A DNA stretch of 64,000 nucleotides from Antedon mediterranea. Lineage: Eukaryota > Animalia > Echinodermata. The position numbers and the translations under genes are program-made. Every line of letters begins with the position of its first letter. The first letter of the stretch is position 1. The notes under the pieces were generated by a model. It made no database searches. It had not been told where the DNA came from and was given only the letters and a program-made list of their open reading frames with translations. This document shows positions 51,474 through 61,643 of this stretch, piece by piece. The DNA lies in assembly GCF_964355755.1 (NCBI RefSeq), contig NC_092680.1, positions 16,687,045 to 16,751,044 of the forward strand. The letters run 5' to 3'.

Positions 51474-53020
51474 TGCATGTTTGGAGTAGAGCATAAACTA
51501 TGCATGTTCCGGGTAGAGTAAAAACTATGCATGTTCAGGGTAGAGCATAAACTATGCATGTTCAGGGTAGAGCATAAACTATGCATGTTTAGGGTGAAGC
51601 ATAAACTATGCATGTTCAGGGTAGAGCATAAACTATGCATGTTCAGGGTGGAGCATAAACTATGCATGTTCAGGTTAGAGCATAAACTATTCATGTTCAG
51701 GTTGGAGCATAAACTATGCATGTTCAGGGTGGAGCATAAACTATGCATGTTCAGGTTAGAGCATAAACTAAGCATGTTTAGGGTAGAGCATAAACTATGC
51801 ATGTTCAGGGTAGAGCATAAACTATGCATGTTCAGGTTAGAGCATAAACTATTCATGTTCAGGTTGGAGCATAAACTATGCATGTTCAGGGTGGAGCATA
51901 AACTATGCATGTTCAGGTTAGAGCATAAACTAAGCATGTTTAGGGTAGAGCATAAACTATGCATGTTCAGGGTAGAGCATAAACTATGCATGTTCAGGGT
52001 GGAGCATAAACTATGCATGTTCAGGGTAGAGCATAAACTATGCATGTTTAGGGTAGAGCATAAACTATGTATGTTCAGGGTGGAGCATAAACTATGCATG
52101 TTCAGGTTAGAGCATAAACTAAGCATGTTTAGGGTAGAGCATAAACTATGCATGTTCAGGGTAGAGCATAAACTATGCATGTTCAGGGTGGAGCATAAAC
52201 TATGCATGTTCAGGGTAGAGCATAAACTATGCATGTTTAGGGTAGAGCATAAACTATGTATGTTCAGGGTAGAGCATAAACTATGCATGTTCAAGGTAGA
52301 GCATAAACTATGCTTGTTCTGGGTAGAGCATAAACTATGCATGTTCCACGTTGATCATAAACTGTGCATGTTCATGGTGGAGCATAAACTAAGCATGTTC
52401 CAGGTAGAGCATAAACTATGCATGTTCCAGGTAGAGCATAAACTATGCACGTTCAGGGTGGCGCATCAACTATGCATGTTCAGGTTAGAGCATAAACTAT
52501 GCACGTTCAGGTTAGAGCATAAACTATGCATGTTCAGGGTGGAGCATAAACTATGCACGTTCAGGTTAGAGCATAAACTATGCATGTTCAGGGTGGAGCA
52601 TTAACTATGCATGTTCAGCGTGGAGCATAAACTATGCATGTTCAGCGTGGAGCATAAACTATGTATGTTCAGGGTTGAGCATAAACTATGCATGTTTAGG
52701 GTAGAGCATAAACTATGTATGTTCAGGGTTGAGCATAAACTATGTATGTTCAGGGTAGAGCATAAACTATGCATGTTCAGCGCGGAGCATAAACTATGCA
52801 TGTTCAGCGTGGAGCATAAACTATGTATGTTCAGGGTTGAGCATAAACTATGTATGTTCAGGGTTGAGCATAAACTATGCATGATAAGGGTAGTGTATAA
52901 ACTATGTATGTTCAGGGTTGAGCATAAACTATGCATGATAAGGGTAGAGTATAACTACGCATGTTCAGAATATAGCATAAACTGTGCATGTTCATGGTAG
53001 AACATAAACTAGGCATATTC
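51474..53020. repeat. 27-bp minisatellite (GCATGTTCAGGGTAGAGCATAAACTAT)n in CENP-H intron 5
   Basis: About 57 copies; a unit length divisible by 3 produces long spurious ORFs on both strands. Confidence 0.98.
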
Positions 53021-53142
53021 ACGTTTCTTTGTTCACACTAGATTGCAACGTAAGCACCCAGTCAATCTTGACACAATGGATGATCTAAACACTAGTGTTG
53101 CACTTCATAATAATCAACTCTTATTCATACTATTCAACTCAC

Positions 53143-53248
53143 ATCAACTCTTCTTGTTCCTGTCTTTTTTTTGTTTTTTTGGTTTTCACCTTGTCTGCTT
53201 TCATCTGCTGATATCCACTCATCAGTACACGATTTTCCCGTTTCACAC
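53143..53248 (-). CDS. CENPH: CENP-H exon 5
   Basis: TTTTTTGTAG acceptor, GTGAGT donor, phase 1-2; GVKRENRVLMSGYQQMKADK..QEEL. Confidence 0.85.
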
Positions 53249-53319
53249 CTACAAAAAAGAAATTGTAAAAAAAGCAGCAAAGATGGGTTTTCTACTAACA
53301 TATGAGGATCATTTACCCT

Positions 53320-53503
53320 ACAGTACACTATCAAACTTCATGTGACAAAAAAAATGTGATGTTACCATATAATGTATGGACATGATGATGTCATATCAAT
53401 ACTACCATATTTGGGAATATCACTACCATATTTGGGCATATCACTACCATACTTGGGCACATCACACTTTATTATCAAACTAGTTTGATAGTGTAGACAG
53501 AGC
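53320..53503 (+). mobile_element. MITE (CACTATCAAACT TIR family) with internal 21-bp repeats
   Basis: TACACTATCAAACT / AGTTTGATAGTGTA; three ACTACCATATTTGGG repeats. Confidence 0.8.
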
Positions 53504-53749
53504 ATAATACCCAGCCACCTAATTTGAATATATAAAAATAGTTTTATACAAAAAAAAACATAAACAAAGAACGTTCTATTTAAGGCCTAACAGTCAAATG
53601 GTTATGAATAGTTTCAATTTAAAAACATGGTCGGTCATTTATTTTTTGTTTTCATAATAATTATGAAGTTTTGCTACTATTGGACCAAATTCCAATTATA
53701 AAGGAAATAATTTAATTATAAGAAATAAGAAACATAGAGGTTGTAATCG

Positions 53750-53915
53750 ATAATAAATAGCGCATTATGTAAAAGCCTCAAAACCCTTAACAAAAGAAAT
53801 ATAAGCCAGAAAACTAAAGAAAAAAGAGTTAGAAATTTGAGTTTTTAGAGCAGCCTTAAAATAAGCGAATGAAGTAGCCTGACGAGATTGGTAAACCGTT
53901 CCAAAAGGCGACAGG
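53750..53915 (-). mobile_element. L2-like LINE 3' remnant in CENP-H intron 4
   Basis: RQATSFAYFKAALKTQI followed by an L2-type TTTGAG..GCGCTAT tail. Confidence 0.6.
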
Positions 53916-53985
53916 TCCAAGAAAAGGAATGAAAACCATAATGTTTTTGAGGGATGGATGGAATAAGCGAGTAGCCCGGTGTTAC

Positions 53986-54173
53986 CTATTGCTTCCTGCC
54001 GTACAATGTCCAGCTCCTTCTGTGTCCTTTCAATAGCCTTTTGATGGCCTAGAATCTCAGTCACTAACTTTGTTTGCTCGTCTACCAAGTCAATGTACAC
54101 CTGCTGGTCTTCAATTTTGTCTTCTTTGTTGCGAGGGAAAAGAATCTTTAACAACGCATCAGTGCATTGAATT
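53986..54173 (-). CDS. CENPH: CENP-H exon 4
   Basis: TAG acceptor, AG|GTAAC donor, phase 2-1; RIQCTDALLKILF..ERTQKELDIVRQEAI (coiled coil). Confidence 0.88.
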
Positions 54174-54360
54174 CTAACATTTAAAAATAATATAATATGT
54201 ACAGTATTTATTAAACATTTGGTTTACAGCCCGTGAAGGCCAATGGCCTAACACATAAGTGGGAACCTTTTCAAGAACAAATTGAATCTATAGATGTAAA
54301 AAAAACAATGAATTAATATGTATTTTGAAATAAACAAATTAAGTATATAACCAAGTTTTA

Positions 54361-54483
54361 AGCTGTCTATATTATCAAACTAGTTTGACAAAAAAGTGTG
54401 ATGTGCACAAATATGGCAGTGATATGACCAAATATAGTACAGTAGTATATATATATGCACATCACATTTTTTTTTTTATCACA
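54361..54483 (-). mobile_element. Inverted copy of the MITE family at 53320
   Basis: TATCAAACTAGTTTGAC..AAAGTGTGATGTGC is the reverse complement of the family 3' end. Confidence 0.7.
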
Positions 54484-54653
54484 ACTCTGGGTGTGCCTGT
54501 GAAATCCAGAGCATTTTCCAACACTCTGAATGTGGTATGGTGAAACGGCGCTAGTTCCATGCACACATAACAGAGATCAAAATGATAAACCTGCTGATAC
54601 GTCGTAAGTAAATGGTTAAATACTGTAATTGCTTTACAACTGTAAACACCAAC

Positions 54654-54725
54654 CTTTTAATAACAAGTTCTTTCAATGAATTTGATGCAGTAACATCCAG
54701 CAGTTTATGTTGTAACTCCATTATC
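54654..54725 (-). CDS. CENPH: CENP-H exon 3
   Basis: TTTTACAG acceptor, AG|GTTGGT donor, 72 nt, phase 2-2; RIMELQHKLLDVTASNSLKELVIKR. Confidence 0.85.
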
Positions 54726-55187
54726 CTGTAAAATTACATGATATATATTTTGACAAGAAAGTGTGAAGATAACTTATACTGTATCTATTGAGCCAAATAC
54801 AGAATACTGTAGCATAAATGGTACTGTATTTTTGGGGGTGCGACATAAAAGACTGGTCATGTATGAGGGTTTCGAAATGAATGTTGTCCTTATCATCCGT
54901 GCAATGCCTGTTGTATTGTTTAAGTTCATCAACCTTATCAACAACCATAGCGTGATGTTCTTTTTCTAGTTTTTTTATTCTTGTAGTGAGGAAATTTCAC
55001 CCTCCCGCTGACAATATCGTAGTTGTAAACATTTTTGCTTACCGAGTCAATTATGGCTTCTGTTATCGTGTTTATAACAGATTAGTTCTAAAAAAATGAT
55101 GCTAGTATTTTAACAAGCAGTTCAGAAGATGATATAGTTTATAGAGCACTAGTGAAAGTGAATATACACTTTGAAGAAACACCTAAC

Positions 55188-55298
55188 CTGTATTCAACTT
55201 CATCATCATCATCAACACCCATGGAAGGGGTGTGCGTTTTCCTCAACTTTAACACTGTTTCCAATTCCAAAGTTTGAGACTGGAGCCATTCTTTTAAC
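55188..55298 (-). CDS. CENPH: CENP-H exon 2
   Basis: TAG acceptor, AG|GTTAG donor, 111 nt, phase 2-2; RLKEWLQSQTLELETVL..DDDDEVEY. Confidence 0.85.
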
Positions 55299-56523
55299 CT
55301 ATTGTAAAAACAATACAATTTATATTGTTTTTAAATAATTATAAATGTGAATAAAGTGAATTTGAAAAAAGATAAGCAAGTAAGGATAAGTAATATGTCA
55401 TTATCAAACTTAAGGTTGAGTCATGTTTAAGTTGTTTTTTTGGTTTACTGTTTTTTTTAAATATTATATAGGATGTAGTTGTACCACCAGGTCGACGTTT
55501 TGATTGTCGATTGTCTGAAAATACAGTTTAAAAGCTCAAGTAATTACGTATGAAATGACAAAATATTTTTCTTTTATACTAATATTAAGTCAAAAACTCC
55601 GTCTGAAACCCAGACTATACCACCAGCATGCATCCATTTTTTGTGATTCTCCAATTATTATGACAATTTTCAGGAATATTTTCTAGAAACTAGTTCTTTT
55701 CATGTTTAAAACCCATGGTGGTAAAAAAATAAAAAAAATGTAAACTCTCCGAAAAAAAAACCTTAAACAAAAATACCTTTGCATCTAGTGACAGATGAAA
55801 TTTTGGACACAATAAAATCAACATCCGGTATTTTGTATGAAGCACCACTACTGTAGGTATACTTTTTACCATATCGGTAACTTTTGATATCCGTTAATTT
55901 GGTCGCGCTAATTTGTATGGGGCGCACTAGATATAGATGCCATTTATAGATGTTTTTAATTAAAACACTCCTTATGATTTTAGTTAATTATACTATTGAC
56001 ATTTGTTTAAACCTCGATTGGTTTTAAGTACAGTAAAATAAAAATTAAAATAAATGTTTATCTCCTATAATATAAATAATTTGTATTTTCATTTTATCTT
56101 ACAGTTTTCAATGAATTGTATTTGTAATTAATGTGTTCTTTTTTTTTGAGAAATTTTTTTAATAATTTAATAAACCAGTAGATGTGCCTTACGTATTTTT
56201 TAACCATTTCAATTAACTACGAAACTCTTTCTATGTACAGGTAAGTGGATACCAGCTCAAATGAGGTTTATGCAATAAAGGAAGATGATGCATGATGATG
56301 ATTTTTGAATTCCGTAACTTTAACGTGACATTGGTTTTAGGAGAATAAAATATGAAATAATAACATGCTGGTATAAATCAATCTACTGAGCCTAGGCCTA
56401 TGGTAATGTTGTTGCTGTTTTTTTGGCGCACCATACAAAATGCCGGAAGTTGATTTTAACACGACCAAAATTAGACGTGACCGATTTCAAACATGATGGA
56501 TATCATTGTAAACTATGCATTAC

Positions 56524-56675
56524 CTTTGTAGTTCAAGAAGTATATTGACTTCTTCCTTATCTTTGTTCTCATTCATGAAAACATGGATGCCACTTGGAGG
56601 AACTGTTAGCTTTCCATTTCGGAATGATTGTGAAATCTCATCGAATGTCTTGTTGTGGTCAACAGGTTCAGCCAT
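56524..56675 (-). CDS. CENPH: CENP-H exon 1
   Basis: AAAATGG start, AG|GTAAT donor; the six exons join into a 786-nt open frame (261 aa). Confidence 0.82.
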
Positions 56676-56831
56676 TTTAATAAACAATATAGGCCTAATT
56701 CCTATTTTGATTTAAAAAAATGTTTCAATGAATAATGTTTTAATAGAAAATACAAGTCCATATTTATTTAGAAGATGCAGGCAAACTTACTAGTAACTAG
56801 CTGCCTATCTAGGCCTAGCTAGTACTACTAC

Positions 56832-56859
56832 TAGATAGTAGTAGGCCTACTACTATCTA
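56832..56859. repeat. Perfect 28-bp palindrome TAGATAGTAGTAGG|CCTACTACTATCTA
   Basis: Identical to its reverse complement; lies between the CENP-H start and the Helitron 5' end. Confidence 0.95.
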
Positions 56860-56867
56860 ACTAATAA

Positions 56868-58303
56868 TCTATATATAAATTTACGTAAGGGCAAAATTCG
56901 CTAAATCTCGGTTTATTTCTAGAATTTCTACTCGATGGTATATAAAGTTGGTTCGTACTTTCGGTACTGATTTTAACCATCTGATGTAACCCTGTTTACT
57001 AATTAAATTGAGTTAGGTAATTAGTTATTGACGATTAAAACGAATTTAGGTTCAACGATTTGCCCCAAATAGGGGTGTTTTCCGATCGTGGTATACACTG
57101 TCTAATGGATGTCCATCTTGAAAAATACCCACCACAAAAATACGAGGAGGCTTCGCATTTTCCTATCTCCTCCTACGATAATTGTTTTTAATAGCTGAAA
57201 ACTGGTTGAACAGCTAGAGTACAGCATCATAATGTTGAAGACAGGCCGATTTTCTTAAAAAAATACTATTTTGATAGATTTAATATACGATTATACAAAT
57301 GTATTGATTTGCGATGAATGGAACATTCCAATCTCTGTTTCACAAGTGTCTATTCCCTCAGGCATCGTTAAAGGCAAGTACAGTACTGTATACTCGAAAT
57401 TCGATCCATTTTTGTTTTCAATCTGTGCTGCAGAGGTTGGATAAACGGATAATGAGCTAGCGTTTTCACTCGCCGTATATTATGTACAAATCTTTATTAT
57501 TGCAGTTAAACCACCCACATCATCACCTTTCCCTCACTGGCATGAGTAGCGTTGTAAAACCAGTAGAGAATAGGCCTACGGTAGGCCTACATCACATGCC
57601 CTAAACGCAGAACAACTTTGGTGGGTAGGGTAGGAACCAACTTAAGTATGAATTGGCTCTAAGAAACAATTGAAAACCATTAGGCCTACTAATTAAGTTG
57701 AGTTAGATAATTTAATATTTATTGACGATTAAATCGAATTTATGATTTTCCCCGAATAGAGGTGGTTTTCACAAATTGTTTTACATTACATTATAAACAT
57801 ATACACGTCGTAGTGATGTATCGTTACATGTGCTGTACTATTTCAATCGACTAGGACGGTGATAATTTCAACAAAGTATTACATCGCAATGTTTTACTGT
57901 GTTTAGTGGTATATTATTTGTAAAACATGAAAGCAATTAATATTTCGTTACTAAATGGATAAAGAATATATTTTAACATTGTTCCTCTTTGCACCCATCC
58001 TCTTCCCCATCCCTCAACCCTAATGTTACATACAAAACACAAATTAAGTTTGTTTAAATTTAACTTAAACAATTGGTCTTATTTTGTGACAAGTTTCTCT
58101 TTCGGAAGTAATAGGGTGCTAATTTTAGTTGAGTACATAAATCACAGTGTCTATTTATTCGTTCCTGTAAACGACATGTATTATTGTCCTGCGGTACGTA
58201 CATTTGAAATCGCCAGTTTTTTAACGCTGAATTATTATGTATTCGAGAACCATCTGTGGGCACGACCTAGATGGTACGCGAGCGAAGCGAGCGTACCATC
58301 TAG
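56868..58303 (+). mobile_element. Complete non-autonomous Helitron
   Basis: A|TC 5' end, 3' hairpin CTAGATGGTACGC-GAGCGAAGCGA-GCGTACCATCTAG ending CTAG|T, no target duplication; both ends homologous to 34657-36468. Confidence 0.92.
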
Positions 58304-58407
58304 TAATTACTAATTTAGAGAGCTCGCCTATAAATGTAACACTAACAGTAACAAACAGTGGATCAACCTGCGTTTTCGGCATGTATTGAATATAGGACTA
58401 TTCCATT

Positions 58408-58884
58408 ATTATTTATAGGGGTGTTAGTCAATGTGTTAAGTTGGGTGTGCCAGGCTTGTTGAGGCTTCTATTGTTCGCGTCATTGTGCCAATTGTTTTGT
58501 ATTTTACAGTGTTTGAAAAATAAAACAAAAAACTGCTGCTGTAGTTAGCCTATAGCTTTTATTATGTGTCTGTAAATTATATCGTTTTTTACACTATATA
58601 ACAATGTTGTTTTTTTACTCAACAGTTAAATCAAGTAGCCTCTACAACAAGAAAAGATCAAGAAAAAGATTTATATACATATACATTTTAATCTTATTTC
58701 ATTTATGTTTTAATTTATATAAATATATCCAATTTATGTTTTAATTTATATAAATTACATTCATGTTTGTTTTTTTCTCAACAGTTGAATCAAATAGCCT
58801 CTACAAATAACAAGAAAAAAATCGATAGATCGAGATACATTCTTCAAACTTTATTCAAATATAAGGCTCAAGAACTTTAACATT
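58408..58884 (+). repeat. Repeat X, direct copy 1 (3' of FKRP)
   Basis: Nearly identical to 61644-62483 once the 61961-62322 insertion is removed; starts ATTATTTA-TAGGGGTGTT. Confidence 0.95.
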
Positions 58885-59529
58885 ATTTAATAAGCCTCAA
58901 GGAACATATTACATATATATACAATTTTAACTTACTTAATCTGTTTAATTTATATAGCCATTTATTTAATCTTTTTACTTATTTGTCCAGCATATGTCAA
59001 TAGTACCGAATTTTAATATTTTGTCATCATTATTGCAAATAATGTGATCTATTATTGTACTTGCATTACTGGTTACTCTTGTAGGTGAGTTTATTAGTTG
59101 ACAACAAATAGATCATACTGACATACAAATAAGCGGTAATTAGTAAGTAACGGGAGGGATACTGAGAATGTCATTAAAAAGCATATTCAAAATTCGTGAA
59201 TATATTTGTTGGCTTATTAATCCATATATAATAGTAGGCCCTGCATATCTTGTACTGAGGAAGGATTGTGTGTGTTCCATGAGAGAAAGCTCTGTAATTT
59301 TATTTCTGGCTTTTTTAGTTTTTGTTTCAGGATCAGCTGGAGAGAGAACCTCACGTACATATTGCTAACTCATTGAAATAAGTTTAACTAAACATGACAC
59401 TACTAAATAACACTTAAAACTGGGTTGATAAAAACATAACATAAAACATATATACATTAAATTAAATATGTTACACAATGTATGTTTTGCTTCATCTTAT
59501 GCCTTTAAGTGTATTGAATTTTTCAGAGT

Positions 59530-59944
59530 CATAAACTGTTGAGAAAAAAACAAACATGGATGTATTTATATAAATTATTTTTCTGGCTGTTTTACTTTAT
59601 CGTTTTGATGTAGTGTTTCGCTTTTTTTTTTTTTTTTGTATCTCTGTTGAGATCCAGCCACTGATACCCACACCATATTGTCATTTTTTCAATAATTTGC
59701 CTTTGGATTTATATAAATTAAAACATAAATTAAATAAGTTGTATATGTTTTCTCCTTATTGTGAATACATTTTGAATGTATTTTTTCTTGTTATTTGTAG
59801 AGGCTACATATAACTTGATTCGGCTGTTGAGAAAACATAAAACAAACATGTAGTAATAATATTACATGAAATGTAAAATAAAACATGATATGTAAAATAA
59901 TAATAAGGCTAATTACAGCAGCAGTTTTTAGTTTTCTTCTTCAA
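59530..59944 (-). repeat. Repeat X, inverted and more diverged copy overlapping the FKRP stop
   Basis: Blocks at 59534-59577, 59781-59850 and 59906-59944 are reverse complements of parts of 58513-58820. Confidence 0.85.
59578..59710 (+). mobile_element. Third Penelope-like terminal fragment, lacking the hammerhead
   Basis: Reverse complement of 24211-24331; flanked by duplicated ATTTATATAAATTA (59564-59577 and 59707-59720). Confidence 0.85.
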
Positions 59945-61547
59945 TTTTGGCCATTTGTATCCTGTTTGGTTGAGGATATTGTGCATTTTCAATTACTCCA
60001 TTACCAAATTTCAATTCTAAAAATTGTCTATGATTGTTGGGTGCTTTTACTTGCATTCCTTCAAACTCTAGTGTCACAAGCGGCAAAAGAAAATGTTCTG
60101 GGAATTCCTTATCTTGTTTATGATCTTCTAACCAGAAGTCTTTAGTCATGATGCCATCTCTAGAATAAAATGGCCATATATCGACATGAAGATGATTTGT
60201 TGAACTATATTGAACACGAAAATAGTCCCCCTCATGAGGCCATGCTTTCTCCCATACATAGTCCTGATCATCCGTGACGCCACCCCCATTTTTAATGGCT
60301 TGAAGATATGAAATTTTATCGACATCTTTAAGGTATATTCCTATATCAAGATCGTAATCCCACGGGATTATTCCTTTATATCGTGCAGCGCCAAGCAAGC
60401 TTCCGCCCTCGAGCCAATACCGAATATCTAAGTCATCAAGAATTTGAAAAACGTGTTTAGCGGTTTCTCTTAGCGCTTTCATACAACACGGCGGTGTCCA
60501 ATGATTTTCGTATAAGTACTCTGGCATGTCGTTGTAAACCGTATCAAAACAACGATCGCTCGTTTTACTACAACCATACCAATTGTGAACATTGTCGCTG
60601 TGAATAACGAGTTTGACGCCAAATTGTTTGTAAATGTTGCGCAACCGCATGACCTCATTTTGTTGTTTTCTGTACGCTATTTGGTCGTCACGACTATGGC
60701 AATCATCGATATAAAATTTTATATCTTTGAAAAAGTGTACCTTCCATTTATGAAGATTAGCTTGTATATATAAACTATTTAAAATAGGACGTGCATAGGG
60801 GGCGCTTAGCAGGTGAAAATTGCTCGTCCTCATCACGACAATGTGATTGCCACGTATAGTATCACACGTTTCTTTGTACGAGTAACTATAATGAAGCGTC
60901 CAATTTTGATAATCAAATCTAAGATTTTCACAAGATGCATCTCTTTCATGTTCTGATAGTTGTTCCAATCCAGCTGCTCCAATTTTAACATCTTCTTTTG
61001 TATTCTCTAACTCCTTGAATGCATTTACAAAACTTTTTAACTTAGAATCAGAAAAAAATTTGATACCATCCGGTAAGATAACTACATATTTTGTTAATAT
61101 ATAATTTTCAGGTCTTGATTCTGCAATATTACGGTGCGGCTCATTTAGTAACGTCACTATTTTTGTCCTTTTATTTAAGTTAAATAACGGTGGGTACGGT
61201 TTACGGTCCGTCACAATTAAAATATTTGAATTTGGAAAATGCTCAGCAATGTTATTATCACTCTTACTAATACAATTATCTTCAAATTCAAATTCTCTAA
61301 ATATGAAAGTTATATCATCTGATTCATTATCATCGTCACCATCATTACGTTTCCTAGGCTCAGGCTCATCACGATATAACTGAACCTGGTTATCTTGTTC
61401 AGCTGACAAACGCCTTTCATCAGCGTGATGATGGTTGTCCAAAAATGCAGGGTCACATTGTTTCCTTGATAATAGATAGATCATAAATAGAAAATTTAAG
61501 ACTGTAAATAACACAAGAACCTTCTGCCATCTAAGCGATAAACGCAT
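59928..61547 (-). CDS. FKRP: Fukutin-related protein (ribitol-5-phosphate transferase, LicD family), single coding exon, 539 aa
   Basis: N-terminal TM helix; WYGCSKTSDRCF, WTPPCC..ALRETA, YWLEGGSLLGAAR..IIPWDYDLDIGIY (DxD), VWEKA, RVQYS..NHLHVDIWPFY, FLELKFG. Confidence 0.97.
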   Translation of the reverse strand: MRLSLRWQKVLVLFTVLNFLFMIYLLSRKQCDPAFLDNHHHADERRLSAEQDNQVQLYRDEPEPRKRNDGDDDNESDDITFIFREFEFEDNCISKSDNNIAEHFPNSNILIVTDRKPYPPLFNLNKRTKIVTLLNEPHRNIAESRPENYILTKYVVILPDGIKFFSDSKLKSFVNAFKELENTKEDVKIGAAGLEQLSEHERDASCENLRFDYQNWTLHYSYSYKETCDTIRGNHIVVMRTSNFHLLSAPYARPILNSLYIQANLHKWKVHFFKDIKFYIDDCHSRDDQIAYRKQQNEVMRLRNIYKQFGVKLVIHSDNVHNWYGCSKTSDRCFDTVYNDMPEYLYENHWTPPCCMKALRETAKHVFQILDDLDIRYWLEGGSLLGAARYKGIIPWDYDLDIGIYLKDVDKISYLQAIKNGGGVTDDQDYVWEKAWPHEGDYFRVQYSSTNHLHVDIWPFYSRDGIMTKDFWLEDHKQDKEFPEHFLLPLVTLEFEGMQVKAPNNHRQFLELKFGNGVIENAQYPQPNRIQMAKIEEEN

Positions 61548-61643
61548 ATCTAATTATCAAATTATCAATTACGTTTCGCGTAAAATTATGATGACTTTTG
61601 TTCACTCTCTGGAATCTCTACTGATGATGTTGATGATGATTTG

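Noticed and set aside
51446-53000. 298-aa and 357-aa repeat ORFs as real genes
   Set aside because: Arise from a 27-bp unit in an intron; open on both strands for arithmetic reasons
53765-53985. C-terminal half of ORF 53765..54154
   Set aside because: Intron read-through into an L2 remnant after the CENP-H exon 4 donor
54880-55075. Possible mutually exclusive alternative to CENP-H exon 3 (RIKKLEKEHHAMVVDKVDELKQYNR, same length)
   Set aside because: Would need a weak GC donor; the frameshifted EISSLQE..KVDELKQYNR context fits a decayed LINE ORF1 coiled coil (DELEQYSRR-type motif) better
59928-61547. FKRP as a bacterial LicD horizontal transfer because it is intronless
   Set aside because: It has the metazoan FKRP TM, stem and Cys (WTPPCC) features, and single-exon coding is normal for vertebrate FKRP
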